Shown in pieces: positions 52,656 through 64,000 of a stretch of DNA of 64,000 nucleotides. Within the stretch, counting starts at the first letter, position 1. Each line of letters begins with the position of its first letter. The position numbers and the translations under genes are program-made. Origin of the DNA: Octopus sinensis. Lineage: Eukaryota. The notes below the pieces were generated by a model that was not told the origin of the DNA, searched no databases, and worked only from the letters and a program-made list of their open reading frames with translations. The DNA lies in NCBI RefSeq assembly GCF_006345805.1, contig NC_042999.1, positions 165,416,001 through 165,480,000 of the forward strand, in the 5' to 3' direction.

Positions 52656-53029
52656 TATTAATAGTTATCGCCATACTAATATGGCAGTCTATAAATATAA
52701 GACTAAAGCTGTTGCTGATTAGCACCAAGAGGCCATCGCCTCTAGCTAGCTATATGACACATGAACCTGCGTCCATTACAGACGGTCAGTAGTGACACCT
52801 GCTGGTTCTGACTACGCTGCATTGATAAAGGGCAACAACCCTGAAACATGTCTGCAGATGTCTGGCTAGCAAGGTGAAGCGGCTGACCTCCCCTGTTCGA
52901 AGGTTGTAATGGACGCAGGTTCGTGTGTCATATAGCTAGCTAGAGGCGGTGGCCTCTTGGAGCTAATCAGCGACAGCTTTAGTCTTATATTTATAGACTG
53001 CCATATTAGTATGGCGATAACTATTAATA
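52656..53029. repeat. Fold-back element, 125-bp arms (121/125 identical) around a 124-bp spacer containing a hammerhead-like motif
   Basis: Arms are 52656-52780 and 52905-53029. Confidence 0.95.
52817..52857 (+). ncRNA. Minimal type I hammerhead motif with two core substitutions (probably inactive)
   Basis: CUGCA-UUGAUAA-AGGG-CAACAA-CCCU-GAAA-CAUG-UC^-UGCAG. Stems I and II are perfect and stem III is palindromic (ACAUGU), but CUGAUGA is changed to UUGAUAA. Confidence 0.65.
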
Positions 53030-53558
53030 TCCAGTAACGCTGCCGTAATCTCCTTTAGAGAGACTTAGTAATTTTAATATTTCTATTATTATATTATTAT
53101 TTTTATTATTAATATTATTCTCTAATTTACCTTTTGCTCGCTACTTTATTTTATCCTTATTTTATTTATCCTTACTTTATTCTATTTTACTTTAATTTTT
53201 TTCTTTTATGTTTTTTTTAACTACTTCTTAATTATTTTTTAATTCTTACGATATTATTTGCATATTCACCATCTAATAATTTTATTTTTTATTATTATCC
53301 AAAATTTTTCTTATAATCTTTTTTTATTATAAACCTTCTTTTACCATTATCCATTTGCTTTCGTATAATTCTTTATGGTATGCCTTCTACTGTATACTCC
53401 TTTATTTATCTAATTATTGATATGCTGGCCACTCTTCTTGTTTCATACCCTTCCCACCATCGTATAATTTTAGTCATATTGTCTCGATTTTGTAGTCATT
53501 TGGTTTTAAAAGAGTATATATACAAGGCTATCAAATAAATAAATATATAAATAATATA

Positions 53559-53729
53559 GGCGCGGGAGTGGCTGTGTGGTAAGTAGCTTGCTAATCAACC
53601 ACATGGTTCCGGGTTCAGTCCCACTGTGTGGCATCTTGGGCAAGTGTCTTCTATTATAGCCTCGGGCCGACCAAAGCCTTGTGAGTGGATTTGGTAGACT
53701 GAAACTGAAAGAAGCCTGTCGTATATATG

Positions 53730-53760
<31 letters not shown>

Positions 53761-53974
53761 GTTTGTGTGTCTGTGTTTGTCCCCTAGCATTGCTTGACAA
53801 CCGATGCTGGTGTGTTTACGTCCCCATTACTTAGCGGTTCGGCAAAAGAGACCAATCGAATAAGTACTGGGCTTACAAAGAATAAGTCCCGGGGTCGATT
53901 TGCTCGACTAAAGGCGGTGCTCCAGCATGGCCGCAGTCAAATGACTGAAACAAGTAAAAGAGTAAAAGAGTAAA
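53559..53974 (+). mobile_element. tRNA-derived composite SINE family A (full-length representative copy)
   Basis: tRNA-like head (gctgtgtggtaag...ggttcagtccc), core, (TA)/(TG) linker, second domain and (GTAAAAGA)n tail. Partial copies at about 1730, 14170+15450, 19360-19735, 20890, 32325, 44660, 44850, 51320, 51725 and 63300. Confidence 0.9.
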
Positions 53975-55072
53975 TAACTACGTGACCTTGCACTTATTTA
54001 ACCCTAAAACTGGTTGTTGAATAAAATTAAAAGATGAAAGAAACCAACTTTTTGTTGTAGGAGTAGTGAGATGCTTCACTATCCGACTCCCCCTCTTACT
54101 TCATCCTCTAACTTCTTTCATCATTATAAATCTTCATTACCCTGCACGTAACGTCTTGTTTTCTCCTATAATACTACCAAACTGAACTAACAAATTCATT
54201 CTATGAGAAGCAAGGCTCATAGAATCATGAAGATGCACATCCCATTGGATTTTGAACGTTTTTAAATGTTATGGTTCGTGTATTCACCTGATGGAAACAG
54301 TTTTTTCTAATGGTGTAATGTCTCCATTAATCAATTAAAAATTTGCTGGAAACAGCTGTAGTGCATTGACACATATCCATCTGTTGTTATTTTTTCATTT
54401 ATTATCCACCTCTCTCGGAACCTGCTCCTTGCATAGATCCAAAGTATATTATAGACTGTACATTTAGTGCAATGTCTGTTTCTTGATTAGTCTCAGGGCT
54501 ATTGATATACTCTGTCGGCTACAGTTAATTGTATGCATAACCTGAATGTCTTTCTGCCTGTACTTTGGTATCCTTGTGTATTTTCATCTATTTTTGTTGG
54601 GTACACATTTCACTTTTCGACCTCGCCTGGTGCCTCACCATTTAAGTACCTGATTCACTTGAATCTTGATCTATCATATGGGTGCATGCGCACACGCATG
54701 TGTGTGTGTGTGTGTGCGCACGCATGTGTATGTGTGTGTATTGTTAGGTATAATTTTGCACCTGTCAGTATTCTCTTTAGTGGTGATTTTGGTTGTTCTT
54801 TACTTTTGATGAATTTGTGTTTGTAGAATATGGTTCATCTTAGGGTCTTTAGTGAGCATACGTAAATTTTTAATTATGATGTTATATCTTTCATTATTTA
54901 TATATATATATACAAAGGGAAAGAGAGAGATAGGGATAGAGGGAGTTGTTCATGTTACTATTATTGTTCAGTTCTTGTCAGAATCCCTCAGGATTTTTTA
55001 GTCTCTTGGACTATTGCCAATTGACCAACTTTCTGACAACCATTACCATCACTTCCCTCCAAATTTATTATT

Positions 55073-55140
<68 letters not shown>

Positions 55141-57169
55141 GGTGGTGAGCTGGCAGAATCATTAGTGTACTAGATAAAATGCTTAACTGTAATTCGCTCA
55201 TCACTACATTCTGAGTTCAAATTCTGCTGAGGTCAACTTTGCCTTTCATCCTTTTAGAGTCAATAAAATAAATACCAGTTGAATACCGGGGTCAATGTAA
55301 TCGATTCATTTCCTCCCCCAAAATCGCTGCCCTTGTGGCAAAATTTGAAACCATTGTTGTTGTTGTTGTTGATAATAACAACAATAATAATAATAGATAT
55401 GGAGGGAAGTTATTATTATTAATGGAGTGGTGAGCTGGCAGAATAGTTACCACTCCAAGCAAAATGCATAGCGGCATTCCATCTGTCTTTACATTCTGAG
55501 TTCAAATTCTGTCATGGTTGACTTTGTCTTTCATTTTACTGGGGTCAATAAAATAAGTAACACTTGAGCGCTGGGGTCAATGTAATGAACTTAGTCCCTC
55601 CCCAAAATTGCTGGCCTTGTGCCAAAATCTGGAATGATTATTATTATCATAGTGAGAAAGTAATACATACCATCAAAGAGACACTAGGGTACAGATATAT
55701 GAAGCCCAATATACCCATCATGACTATTCATCTGATAAGGGTACACCAGGCGCTTGCATCACAACCATGTGTGCACAACATAGTGGCCTTGTATTAAGAT
55801 AAATAACCCATGACCTTGCAGGTGGGACCCTGTTAGAATTTTCTTCATGTTGAGTAGCCCACCCCACTCAAAAGGTCCCTAAATGAGAGTTGTTTAAGGA
55901 CGATGAACTAAGTCCCCTTGTTTCCAGAGGTGAATTATTCAAACCCCAAAGAATTCCTATGAACACATTGCTATGATGCTTACCCACTACTCCTGCTCAT
56001 GATCAGAGAAACACATTTCATCAGCCACTAAGGGACTTGCTCAGCTGGTTAAGGTCAAGCAACTGACAAGCAAATCTGTGGTATTGAGCAGAATATTTAC
56101 TGTAGCCCGTCTTTTTATATGAAGACAGCCATAAGATCCAGTGCCTGCTACTGCATCAGAGCATAACCGCTGCATTATTATTATCATCATTATTAAGGCA
56201 GTGAGCTGGCAGAATCATTAGCATGCTGGGCAAAATGCTTAGTGACATTTCTTCTCTGTTTATGTTCTGAGTTCAAATTCTACCAAGGTTGACTTTGCCT
56301 TTCATCCTTCAGGGTCAATAATAAAAATACTAGTTAAATACTGGGGTTGATGTAATTGACTTAGCCCCTCACCCAAAATTTGAAATCATTATTATTTTCA
56401 TCATTGTCATTGGTGACAGTAGCAGTGGTGGCAGTGGCAATGTCATCACTGTTTTATGTACCAGCATAACTCGGATTTCTGTTTTTAACTTTTATTTTAA
56501 TCACACCTTTATTATACTGGGTCCTTGATTAAAAACTTGTACACATTCATACTTATATACATATATACTACATACATTCATGCATGCACTTGCATGCTCA
56601 CACACACATGCAAGCTTGCATGCATGCATTTATGCATATGCAAATAGGGACAATGAAAGTCATATACTTTTGTAGGGATCAGCTGCCTTTTGGGTGTGAA
56701 TGTTAATAGTGTAGTATTTTATTTGGTGAGTTTGTTTTTGAAAGATAAGAAATTCTCCATATTTTATGTATTTAACAGATATCTTTATGTCTATCAGAAA
56801 ATTTGCTGGATAGTCTTTAATGAAGGTTAATACCCAAGAGCATTGTAAAGGTTAAGACTTATGAAGATTAATAATGCGATCACAAGAGTACTTAAGTGGA
56901 TAGCACATAATACATTCATGGGAAAACAAATTTTGAGAAATTTCTAAATATCAATAGCTATCAACCTATTTTACATTGTGAAGTCTGTCAACATCTGTAT
57001 CTGAAACAAGCCAGTGAACCACCAGAGAAGCCAATGAGTGTGCACAAACCACAGGAGCTCTTTGTAGCAATTTTCAACCCACTGTAAATATTTGGATACA
57101 TATGATGATCAACTCAGTTCCTTGAGCCTCAAGGTTCTTGTCAGATGTTGCCTTATCTTCCCTATCTGA

Positions 57170-57730
57170 GAAGATCCTATTACAGAAACCAACAAAGCTG
57201 AAGCAAAATTTACAGAATGTTTGTCCTCAACATGAGAACAAGGACGAAAGTTTTTTGAACAGCTGGCAAATGCTCTCAAAAAAGATGAATCTGGAAACAA
57301 GGGCAAAAAATCACTGAAGCTTTTTCTGTAGTAGCACTGGAGTTAGCAAAGTAGGGGAAAAAAACATACATAATTGGAGAAGTTTGATCAAACCTGGTGC
57401 TCTTAAAATGGCAGAACATTGGGAGGAAATGAGTGAAAAATACTTGCAGCTATTTCAGTATTGAATAGTTTTGTTCAAAAAAGGATCAGGACATTGACAT
57501 TAAGGATCAAATTGTGCAGGAGATCAATTCAGCAACATTTGGTTTATTTTCAATACAACTAGGTAAATTGACTGATGTGCTATCATGTTCCCAGCTACTT
57601 GTGTTTGCATGTTATGTGTTCACTCTGGCTCATTAAAATGCAGTTTTTTTGTTTTTTGTTCTCCTCTTGAAACAACCACCTGACCTCATGTTTTGGAAAA
57701 GGTTTCATCTTCCTTTCAGTCATGGGAAAA
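57170..57730 (+). mobile_element. Degenerate hAT Buster/Charlie (ZBED8/FAM200-like) transposase fragment
   Basis: Broken frames give KP.KL...H..IGE.LIKPGALKMAE and DIKDQIVQEINSA.FGLFSIQL...TDV.SCSQLLVFA.YV...F.FCSPLETTT. Confidence 0.75.
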
Positions 57731-59535
57731 CGATTTTTGAGAATTTCTAAATATCAATAGCTATCACCTATTTCTCTAAATTCATCGACCACTGTGCTTG
57801 TATTTTTACTGGAATTATTTAGGCACGTCTTATCATCCTAATGAATCTCTTGTGAAAAGCATTCATTCAATGCTTATTATATACAAACCCGATCACACAC
57901 AAAATGCCTATTCGTTGTAATATTGAGAATGGAGAGTGCCAGCCAAATCAAGAGCATACTCCTCCAAGTGCCCTTTTGACCCCAGATTCTTCACCCAGTA
58001 GTAGTATTGCCTCATATGAGAAACCTGATCGATACACTGTTGATCCTGGGAACCCCACAAACACAGAAAATGGCAATACCCACAATCCATTGCTATTGCA
58101 GGATAGTGTCTGTGAGTGCTGTAGAGATGGAACAATAGCTATGTTAGGTACAAAATTTGAATTTCAAGTTTCTGAGAAAAACAAATACCAAAAGTGAAAG
58201 GCATTGTCAGGCTGGTCTCAAAAACACTCAAAAAAAGAGAAGGTTTGGAATCAGACAATTCAAATTGTCGATTTTGTCAAAACGAGGATAACAGTAGAAA
58301 TGTTTATAAACAACATATCTTACTAATACATTTGTTAACTAAGAGAAAGAAGTGACATTCTGTAGTTTAGTTGGAAATGTAAAAGGTGCATTTAAGGAAA
58401 TTTTACAATCTAATATCCATAAGGTAGAAAACAATATATGTAAAGAAAAAATTAAATGTAAGATTAGAATTTGAAATATATCTAGTTTAAAATTTACAGT
58501 GCATGTCCATCATGGGTCTGCTTTCATCCTCATCCCTTAATTTGTTCTAAAATGACGAAGGATTAACTGTCTTCCAAAGTCAGTTGATATTTTGCAGGAG
58601 AGATGAACCACACACTGGAACTTTTATTTGTGCGATTCAGTGTTGAAAGTTGAATCAAGAAAAAAAAAATTGTTTTGAAGATTTTATGTTAGTTTAGTTT
58701 GTCATTTGGTGCTACAGTATTTCTCAATCTATAATTACACAGTCACTCTTTTCCAAACTACAAAGGCCAGTGTTCACTATGGTTATTGTAGTGACAAGTA
58801 AATCTTCCCTTTGATAAAACAGTAGACGGTCACTGATAGAAAAAAAGAATCTCAGTACTGTAGGGCAGTGAACCTCTATACTACTTTTGTTTGAATTGAT
58901 CAACCTCTCCCAGTTCCTCAAAGGATAGTCTACTATGTAAGAGATATGTACTCAACACTGATCTGTCTACTTTGCATTTGAAGGTCAACAGCTTGGAAAC
59001 AGTGCATCAGTGGTTAGTCATGAACTGTTGACTTATCAGTTGGTTGTCCAGTACCCTATCAGTTCTGTTTTGTTATCTGCGAATAAAAAAAACAGACTAT
59101 CTATGTTAGCAATGTAATACAATGTAGGGAGAATAAACAGAGGGCTAGCAAAAAGAGAAGCAACAAGCTAAGTAACTAATTGATGCTCTGTAGGTTTTGA
59201 TGATCAGAATTCAATCTGTTCAATCAATTAAACATTCACTTCATTAAATTAATGTGTAAATGGCTGAGTATTCCACTGAACCATGTACACTTAGCACACT
59301 TCCCAAGCCAAATGAGAATGGTGTAATATGTGATTAGGATTGTCCTTTAAATTACAGACACAATCCATATGATGGGCTTCTAAACAGTTTCCATCTACCC
59401 AAATTTGCTCACAATGCTTGGATTATCCTGATGTTATGATAAAGATATTTGACCGAGATTCTAAATAGTGGAATCAAATCTAGGACCTCATATTTATGAA
59501 GTGAGTTTCTTAACCACTCAGCCAGAACTTGTAGG

Positions 59536-59607
<72 letters not shown>

Positions 59608-62275
59608 AATAATAATAATATAATGCAATATATGAAAGTGGCTTGTATACATAATATACACACTGCATGTCATCTTGTGTTTTACATTAATTACATACTG
59701 TTCATATTTAATATACTCACTGTATGTCACACATAAAATATATTTAGTCATAACACTGTGCTATACATGAAGTACATATATATAGGATAAACACTGTATA
59801 TCATTCATAAGATAGACACATGCATCACATATAATGTCGTTTGTAACACACACTGTGTATCATACATGAGGCACTTGCTGAATCATGTAAAAGATTATAA
59901 AATACACTCAAGATATTGAGTGTCTCTCCACAAAGGTCTGTCTGCTTTATTGGTAAGTCTTCATTAACCAATACTCTACAATCACTATTGCAGCTTCTAT
60001 GATGTTCTCTGCTCCCTGAATTTGCTGACTATTTCCATACCACCTAGGTTTATTTTTAATTACTCATCAATTTTTCTCTCATTGCAATTACTCTGTCTCA
60101 TCACCATATGGAATATTGCTTACTTTACCCAATATTTTCTCTAAAGTGAACATTTTGGAAGCTCTGCCTCTATGTTTTCAAACTACAGAATTCAAACGGA
60201 ACATCAATTGTGCTAATTTATCTGTTTCATTGTCATGATGGTCGCGAACAAATTTACCATTGTACATGCAGTGTCATTCATTTCCAATCTTCTAAGAAAA
60301 CATATCAAGTCAAAAGGAGAAACTAGCTTACTTGGAAACAGAGGAGAAAATCTCATCAAATTCCATCTAATCCATGCAAGAGTGGAAAAGTAGGCATTAA
60401 AACAAAGTTGAATAGCTTAAGAAAGATGTAATCACTTCCTCATCCCCCTTCAAATTAATTCATTATCAACACCATCACTGTCATCATCATCATCATCATC
60501 ATTTCACATTCTGGCCCAAATTGGGTTGGTCTTATGTTATGCATCACAGATTGGATGAAACAAGATTGAGATGAAAATTTCCCAGTGAAGTGAAAAGGAT
60601 GTAAAACTGCTGATAATGATAATTTAAAGATCAATGTACTTTGCAAAAACAAGCAGCTGATCCATTTGCTGATACAAAACTATCAAACAAAGTTTGAATT
60701 GGTGAGATAAATGCCAAGAGCCCATCACCTTCATTAGCCAATGCATACACACACACACACACACACTTTGCTTATTTCTATCAGAGAAATGAGTCATTGT
60801 GATTTATCAGAGATAACCATCAATGAATCGCTAATTATTGATTTCTTCAAATGAGTTGAAATGAAGCTTGTTTTAATGAGTCGTATTAACAAAGCTGTTA
60901 GCAAAACAGCTGTTGTTATAAGGAATTGAAACCAGGTTGTAAACACTTATGATTAACCACCATTTCACACCACTCTTCCCACTAGCCATATATTCTTAAC
61001 ATTTGAGGGTGGTGAACCAACAACGATACTTAGTCAAATTCAGATTTGTTCTTTGTTCTGAGTGCAAGTCATAGTAGGGCTTTCTTTTTATTCTTCAGAG
61101 TTAATATTAAAAAAAAAACAGCAAAAATCTACTGACTATTCTCCTTCTGCATTTCTTAGTGTTGCATATATGTCAAAAGAAATCAATATTTTACTTGCTG
61201 TCTAAATCCATTTAAAAAAAGTTTTTAGCTGCATTCTATGCTACAGACATGTTTATATATTCTATTTATTGTAATGGTGCAGTTTATTTAATGACATAAT
61301 GTAAATGGCAGGTTTCGGAATTCAGTTAATGACAGACTTGGGTGACACAGTTGGCGGATTAATCATTAGTTAAATGTTGTTGACACAATCAGATATGCTA
61401 AGAGCAGTATATAAAGAGTAATAACTAGTACATAAGTTTGTCAGAAATATCTAGATAAAAATATAAAACGAGACAAAACAAATTACAATGTTACTAATCA
61501 TGATTCCACTACAGAGTTAATATATTCTTGGTAACATTTTAATATATATTCTTTTTCTGAAGAGTGTTTTGTTCAAGAAACAGATATACCTGACTATTTA
61601 GTTTCATTTCTCTCTATTCTAAGCTCTGATCTCAATAATCAACTTTGTTTTTCATTCTTCTGGTAGTCAATATATTAAAGAAGATATAACAAACTAGGAC
61701 TGACTTAATTATCTCCATCCAGAATCTTCCAAAGTTGGTTGTGTCTTTAGTTTAAATAAATTGATATATTTTGGTAGAATGGAGTTAGCTCATGGAGTGC
61801 CTGTAGTTTCCTTCTAGCTGTAGCTGCTTCATATAAATACCTATGAGAAAGTTATGGACTTTGAGCTATCTCATTTCCTCACTTCTAAAAACCTGAAGCC
61901 TATTTTCTTCAGTAAGAAATCAACACATTTACTTCTAATACAATTTATCATTAAAAATATGCTTTACCAACCAGTAGAACTCATCAAAACAAAGGAATCA
62001 TTGACTGGATGTTTTAATTTTCTTGCTTCAAAATTCATGCTAGAATTTTGCATTTCTAGTCTCTGGAGGTTGATAAATTAAGTACTAGAAATATGCTAAG
62101 GAATCTCTGTAGCCAGTTGCCTTATAGAAAAAAAATGATTTATACAAAAGTAATTATTATTTTCACTTTTTCAACTGTCATATTATTTTCAATCATTAAA
62201 TTAAACACAGTCATGTTTACAATAAATATATTTGTTGTTACTATTATACACTTTTTTTCTATTTGGTAAAAACAG

Positions 62276-62448
62276 ATGCTTCTACTAGAAGAAAGTGATA
62301 ATTACAACCTATATTCACCCAGTGAAAAAGAAGAATTTTTATTTTGCTTACTGAAGCACTTATGTTTGGGTGGAAAAGTTTGCCAGTTTGAAGATGATTT
62401 TGGACCTTATGAAGATATGGTAAAGAAATTATATAAAGAATTAGTGTG
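62276..62448 (+). CDS. CFAP300: CFAP300 coding exon 5 (gene continues beyond window)
   Basis: aacag|ATG...GTG TG|gtaagc, 173 nt: MLLLEESDNYNLYSPSEKEEFLFCLLKHLCLGGKVCQFEDDFGPYEDMVKKLYKELV (EEFLF.L.KHLCLGG..CQ.ED motif). It is in phase with exon 4. Confidence 0.96.
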
Positions 62449-63807
62449 GTAAGCTATTTTTCTATTTTATTTCTCTTACAACAGCATAAACTGAGAATCT
62501 TACTTTGCAAATGGAATGTTGATAGTCCTTCACAAATTAGTCAGCATAGTCAGTTCTAATCGGAAAACATTTGATCAGAACAATGAGCTGTTAGGGTTTA
62601 ATAAGTCTGTACATTCATTTATTTTAATAAACTGATTTTTTTATATGTAAAGTTATATATTTGATATCTAAAGCCAAATATCCCTTCTGTAAGATGATTG
62701 GATTTCTGGTTGGAGCCATCACATTTCAGTACTTTGTCTGTGAATTTAACCATCATCAGTAACTTGGAGATAGATAGGCTTTACCAGGGTGACTTGTCCT
62801 AGACTTGGTGCATGAAAAATATGTAGAGTGAGTCTCATCTTGTTAAATAACATTATAATTGAACAAATTTTATTATAAATTTATATCTCATATGAAAAAT
62901 GCAACTTTTTCTTTCGCATATTTCTTCTAATTTTAATCAATCTCCCAGCTTCCAAATTTTATTTAAAATTTGAAATGAGAAACTCAACAAAATACAATCC
63001 TAATTCATTATTGTTATCTCTAGTATTATAAACTTTTACTTGACTCATTCTGAAACTTATTCTAAAGCCCAACCTGTTATAGTATCCATATACTATATAT
63101 TGTTGTGAATTAGCAAAATCTTTACATTCTTGCTACTCTGTTGAGTATTAAATGAGCAGAACAGGAAAAAAAATAGCAATCAAATAAAAGGATTGGATAA
63201 AATGATTTAGAACATCATGCAGCATAATTACCAAATATTTCACTTTATGAAAGCATTTAAAACTAATTTTCTTTAACTGAAAAAAACAAAATAAATAAAT
63301 GACAAGTGTCTTCTACAATAGCCTTGGGCCAACCAAAGCCTTGTGAGTGGATTTGGTCGACAGAAACTGAAAGAAGCATGCCATGTGTGTGTATGTGTGT
63401 GTGTCTTTGCGTCTGTGCTTGTCCCCGATCGATGTGACAACTAGTGTTGGCATAGTTACATCCCATAACTTAGCAGTTAAGGAAAGGACCAATTCAATAA
63501 GTACCAGGCTTAAAAGAACAGTACAGGGGTACCATGTAATCCATGCCAGCATGGAGAACAAACATTAAATGATGATGATGATGATAATTAACTCTTTCTG
63601 GCCCACCAAAAAGAGAATGGAAAGTAATTGGAACAAAACTAATGTAATTAATATCTATTTTACTGATGATTTCTTATCACTTAATAAAATTCTGCTGCTC
63701 TTCTTTTAGTGCTCAAAAAGTTCCAGATTCTCAACAACCTAGAATTGTTTCTTCTGTCTATAAGGTTACAGCATACGTGAGTTACTTTTAATTCAATTAT
63801 ATTTTTG

Positions 63808-63838
<31 letters not shown>

Positions 63839-64000
63839 TATGTATATATGTATGTATATATATATATATATATATCTACATATGTATGCATTTATGTATG
63901 TATATATATACATATATGTATATATATATATATATATGTATATGTATATGTATATATATATATATGTATATATATATGTATGTATATATATCAGCAATAA

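Noticed and set aside
58724-59040. Possible Gypsy/BEL pol remnant on the minus strand
   Set aside because: Only vague similarity with many stops. Cannot be supported without a profile search.

Overview
AT-rich, intron- and repeat-rich animal genomic DNA. The SINE families, the (TA)/(CA)/(ATT) microsatellite load and the gene content point to a coleoid cephalopod, most likely Octopus (inference, no database search). Three protein-coding loci are supportable. (1) On the minus strand at the left edge is the first coding exon of a BTB/Kelch-like gene (1-318), with probable 5'UTR exons at 5656-5753 and ending at 7044 in a CpG-rich promoter region. (2) On the plus strand are five coding exons of CFAP300/C11orf70, an axonemal dynein assembly factor (29882-62448); the gene continues beyond the window and has a 23-kb intron 4. 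(3) Head-to-head with CFAP300 is an unidentified, apparently intronless coiled-coil ORF (28450-27789) whose ATG directly abuts a consensus RFX X-box. Both genes at this divergent promoter show single-base frame anomalies, which may be assembly indels. The rest is transposon-derived: tRNA-headed SINEs, RTE and Tx1/L1-type LINE fragments, hAT (ZMYM1-type and Buster-type) remnants, two DD37D/maT Tc1-mariner copies, three non-autonomous Helitrons and two TTAA-flanked piggyBac-type MITEs. The most unusual signal is a set of short non-autonomous elements carrying minimal Penelope-type hammerhead ribozyme motifs and/or long fold-back inverted repeats (9.7, 27.3, 46.4, 49.5 and 52.7 kb; three lie in CFAP300 intron 4). 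There is also a degenerate HDV-like ribozyme candidate at 24.95 kb and a 5'-inverted RTE insertion. Most ORFs in the supplied track are microsatellite or shadow-frame artefacts.
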